From Podarcis filfolensis (taxonomy: Eukaryota): 64,000 nt of DNA. A program made the position numbers and the translations under genes. Below, piece by piece: positions 61,901-64,000 of this stretch. The notes under the pieces are model-generated. The model saw nothing but the letters and a program-made list of their open reading frames with translations. It was not told where the DNA came from and did not search any database. The stretch lies in assembly GCA_964270895.1 (NCBI GenBank), contig OZ185436.1, one strand, 5' to 3'. How positions within the stretch are numbered: the first letter of the stretch is position 1; every line of letters starts with the position of its first letter.

Positions 61901-64000
61901 GTGTTATCATTGTGCAAGGCCTGTTCATATGGTCGCTTCCCCTAGCAACTGCATGTTTGCAGCATCCAAGAATGCCCCTTGATCATGTTTGGTAAAGAGA
62001 AGCTTGTCGTGTGCCCATATTGATATTTTCTGCAAAGAACCCAGTTAAAGGCTGGCCACAAAGAAAGAGAAGAACACACGTTGTGTAACCCTAAAACCCA
62101 ATACAGCTGTAGCTCACAAAGCTTGATCTGACATCATTTAGATCTAGGGACATGGCATAGACTTTTTCACCTAGAGCCATCTCCCCCTCCACCCAACCTA
62201 ATGTAATTATACTTGATTCAAAGATAGGGACTAATGGTTTTCAGAAGCATTTTGTTTTATATCCGAGTCATACTTTCAAAGGGCACAGGGAATTGGGTTG
62301 TGGGGCTTTTGACGCCCTTGTTGCTGTTTCCACAGGTTTGGGTTGTATTCTTCATTAGGATCTCATTGCATGAAAGTTGGAAGGTTAGTGTGACAAATCC
62401 ATATTGGCTCAAACTCCTTCCTGCCGCTCTTTCGATCTTGGTCCAGAACCAACTTGCTCACTCTCTTAGATGGACAGCTTACCCTTGTGAGGACAAGGCC
62501 CCACTCCCGTTTACCTGATTCTATCACCGAACCATGGTTCTGATCAATCCTCTCCCCAATACCAAATGGCCTTATTCACCCCACTTGCATTTGCTGCATT
62601 GGCCCAAGGAAGGCCCTGTGTTCAGGAACTGCCTTGGCATGATCACCAAGAGGTACCTCCATTTGGAAACCTCACGTGGAAAACAAAAACAAAAAAACCA
62701 AAGACATATCTGCCCTCATCCATCCTGTTGGAGCGAAGCGGTAGAGACTTGAGTCTCTAGCAGCCCAACCTCAAGGCTTTGCGCTTTCCAGCTTCATGTT
62801 AGCTATGAGTAGTCCACACTGTACTTGAGATTTGGACTTTAATTGAAGTGAAAAGATTGACACGATTATGAAGTTATATCAGTGTTACGGCATGTTCCGT
62901 CCTGGCACAAGAGGAAGGGGGCGCTAACACTATTGAAGTAACCACTGTAAGAATAGTCTTGGAAACCAGCCACTAGAATCAGCCCAGGTGCTCCCGGGTG
63001 CTGGGTAGTTAGTGGCAGCCAGAATCCATATGCATTGAAGGCGTGTTCATGCTAGTTGCACTTTGCCATTGCCCTATTTCTTTTATTCCTGCTTATCTTG
63101 GTGCAAGGAAAAATCTTGGAGAGAGCTCTGTAGAGGCACACCCCTGTTTTAACTTGGACTACAGGTATAGGCCAAGAAGAGTCCTGCAGCCATTACTGCC
63201 ACTGAGGAGAGAGGTATGCTCACTTGTGTGTTGGTATGCAATAAGGCCAGCCCTAGATATGAAGGGGCCCTTGGCAGACCACCTTCTGGTGAGGCCCCCC
63301 CCAACTGGAGACCCCTTACAAGCTCACCCACTGGTAGTGGTGCCGGCAGAACTTCTGATCAGTGGTGTGTTGTCCCCAGCTGGGGAGCTCTGAGATCTGC
63401 CACAAGGGGTCCCAGCAGCTATCCAAGGATACTGTATGTGGAAGCTGAGACTGTCCTCTTTTAAGTGTGTACTCCCTCACCTGTTGTCAATTATAGTTCA
63501 CCGTTATCATACCCACCTCTGACAATAGAGTGTGCATCCAGAGAAAGTATAGCTGTCCAGCCCAAACTTGAGAAGTAAAGCTACCACTGGGATAGAAGGG
63601 GGCTGCCCCCTCCAGTTACAAAAATATATATTTAAAAAAATACCCTGACTGGGCTATAATTATTTTGAAAGGTTATTTGTGCTCTTCACATACCTTCATG
63701 ATTTCATAAATCTCTTCCCCTAACTCATCTTTTTTGTTTCCTTTGTGGGGAAGATGCTCCAACCCTCTGGTTTTAGCTGCCCATTTTAACCTATTTTCAA
63801 CAACTTCCCTTGTTAGATGAGAGTTGCATATTGTATTCTACGTATGGGTGTGCCATAGATATCAAGAATGCTGTAGCGCTAATTGCTGGTTTGTTTTTAA
63901 TCCTTCTCCTAACATGGAATTTACCTTTCTTCTTTTTAACTCTCATGATATCATTGCACTTTCCATTTTGACTCCCAAGATTATATTCTTGTGTCATTTG

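Noticed and set aside
62881-62931. CTCF-like AGGGGGCGCTA and a possible AGTGTTA/TAACACT hairpin
   Set aside because: Only the 3' half of the CTCF motif matches, and the stem is just 7 bp.
62000-64000. Downstream neighbouring gene
   Set aside because: No convincing exon or protein similarity seen on either strand.

Overview
Vertebrate genomic DNA. The repeat landscape (Bov-B/RTE, L1, CR1, L2-like, Penelope-like, hAT and Tc1/mariner MITEs) suggests a squamate, probably a lacertid lizard; this is an inference. The window is occupied by one gene on the + strand: ADGRL1 (latrophilin-1/LPHN1, an adhesion GPCR and the alpha-latrotoxin receptor). I traced 22 coding exons from 8956 to the stop at 59271. 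All have GT-AG junctions and consistent phases. Together they give 4379 nt, about 1459 aa from the residue after the signal peptide to the C-terminal PDZ ligand VTSL. Domain order is SUEL/RBL lectin, olfactomedin, Ser/Thr/Pro stalk, HormR, GAIN/GPS, 7TM and cytoplasmic tail. I did not find the signal-peptide exon, so it probably lies upstream of the window. The rest is intron and 3' UTR. No tRNA, rRNA or CRISPR array was seen, and most entries in the ORF track are chance ORFs. I cannot claim a wholly new biological system here. The best leads are: (1) a Penelope-like inverted fragment carrying a minimal hammerhead ribozyme motif inactivated by one CpG-type mutation; (2) splicing switches invisible to the ORF track, namely the 15-nt and 18-nt microexons, a read-through terminal form lacking the PDZ motif, a 143-nt intron at the rodent splice-site-B position, and an intronic look-alike of the KVEQK microexon that ends in a stop; (3) several transposon insertions with intact target-site duplications, including a hAT MITE with telomere-like repeats and a Tigger1-like MITE.
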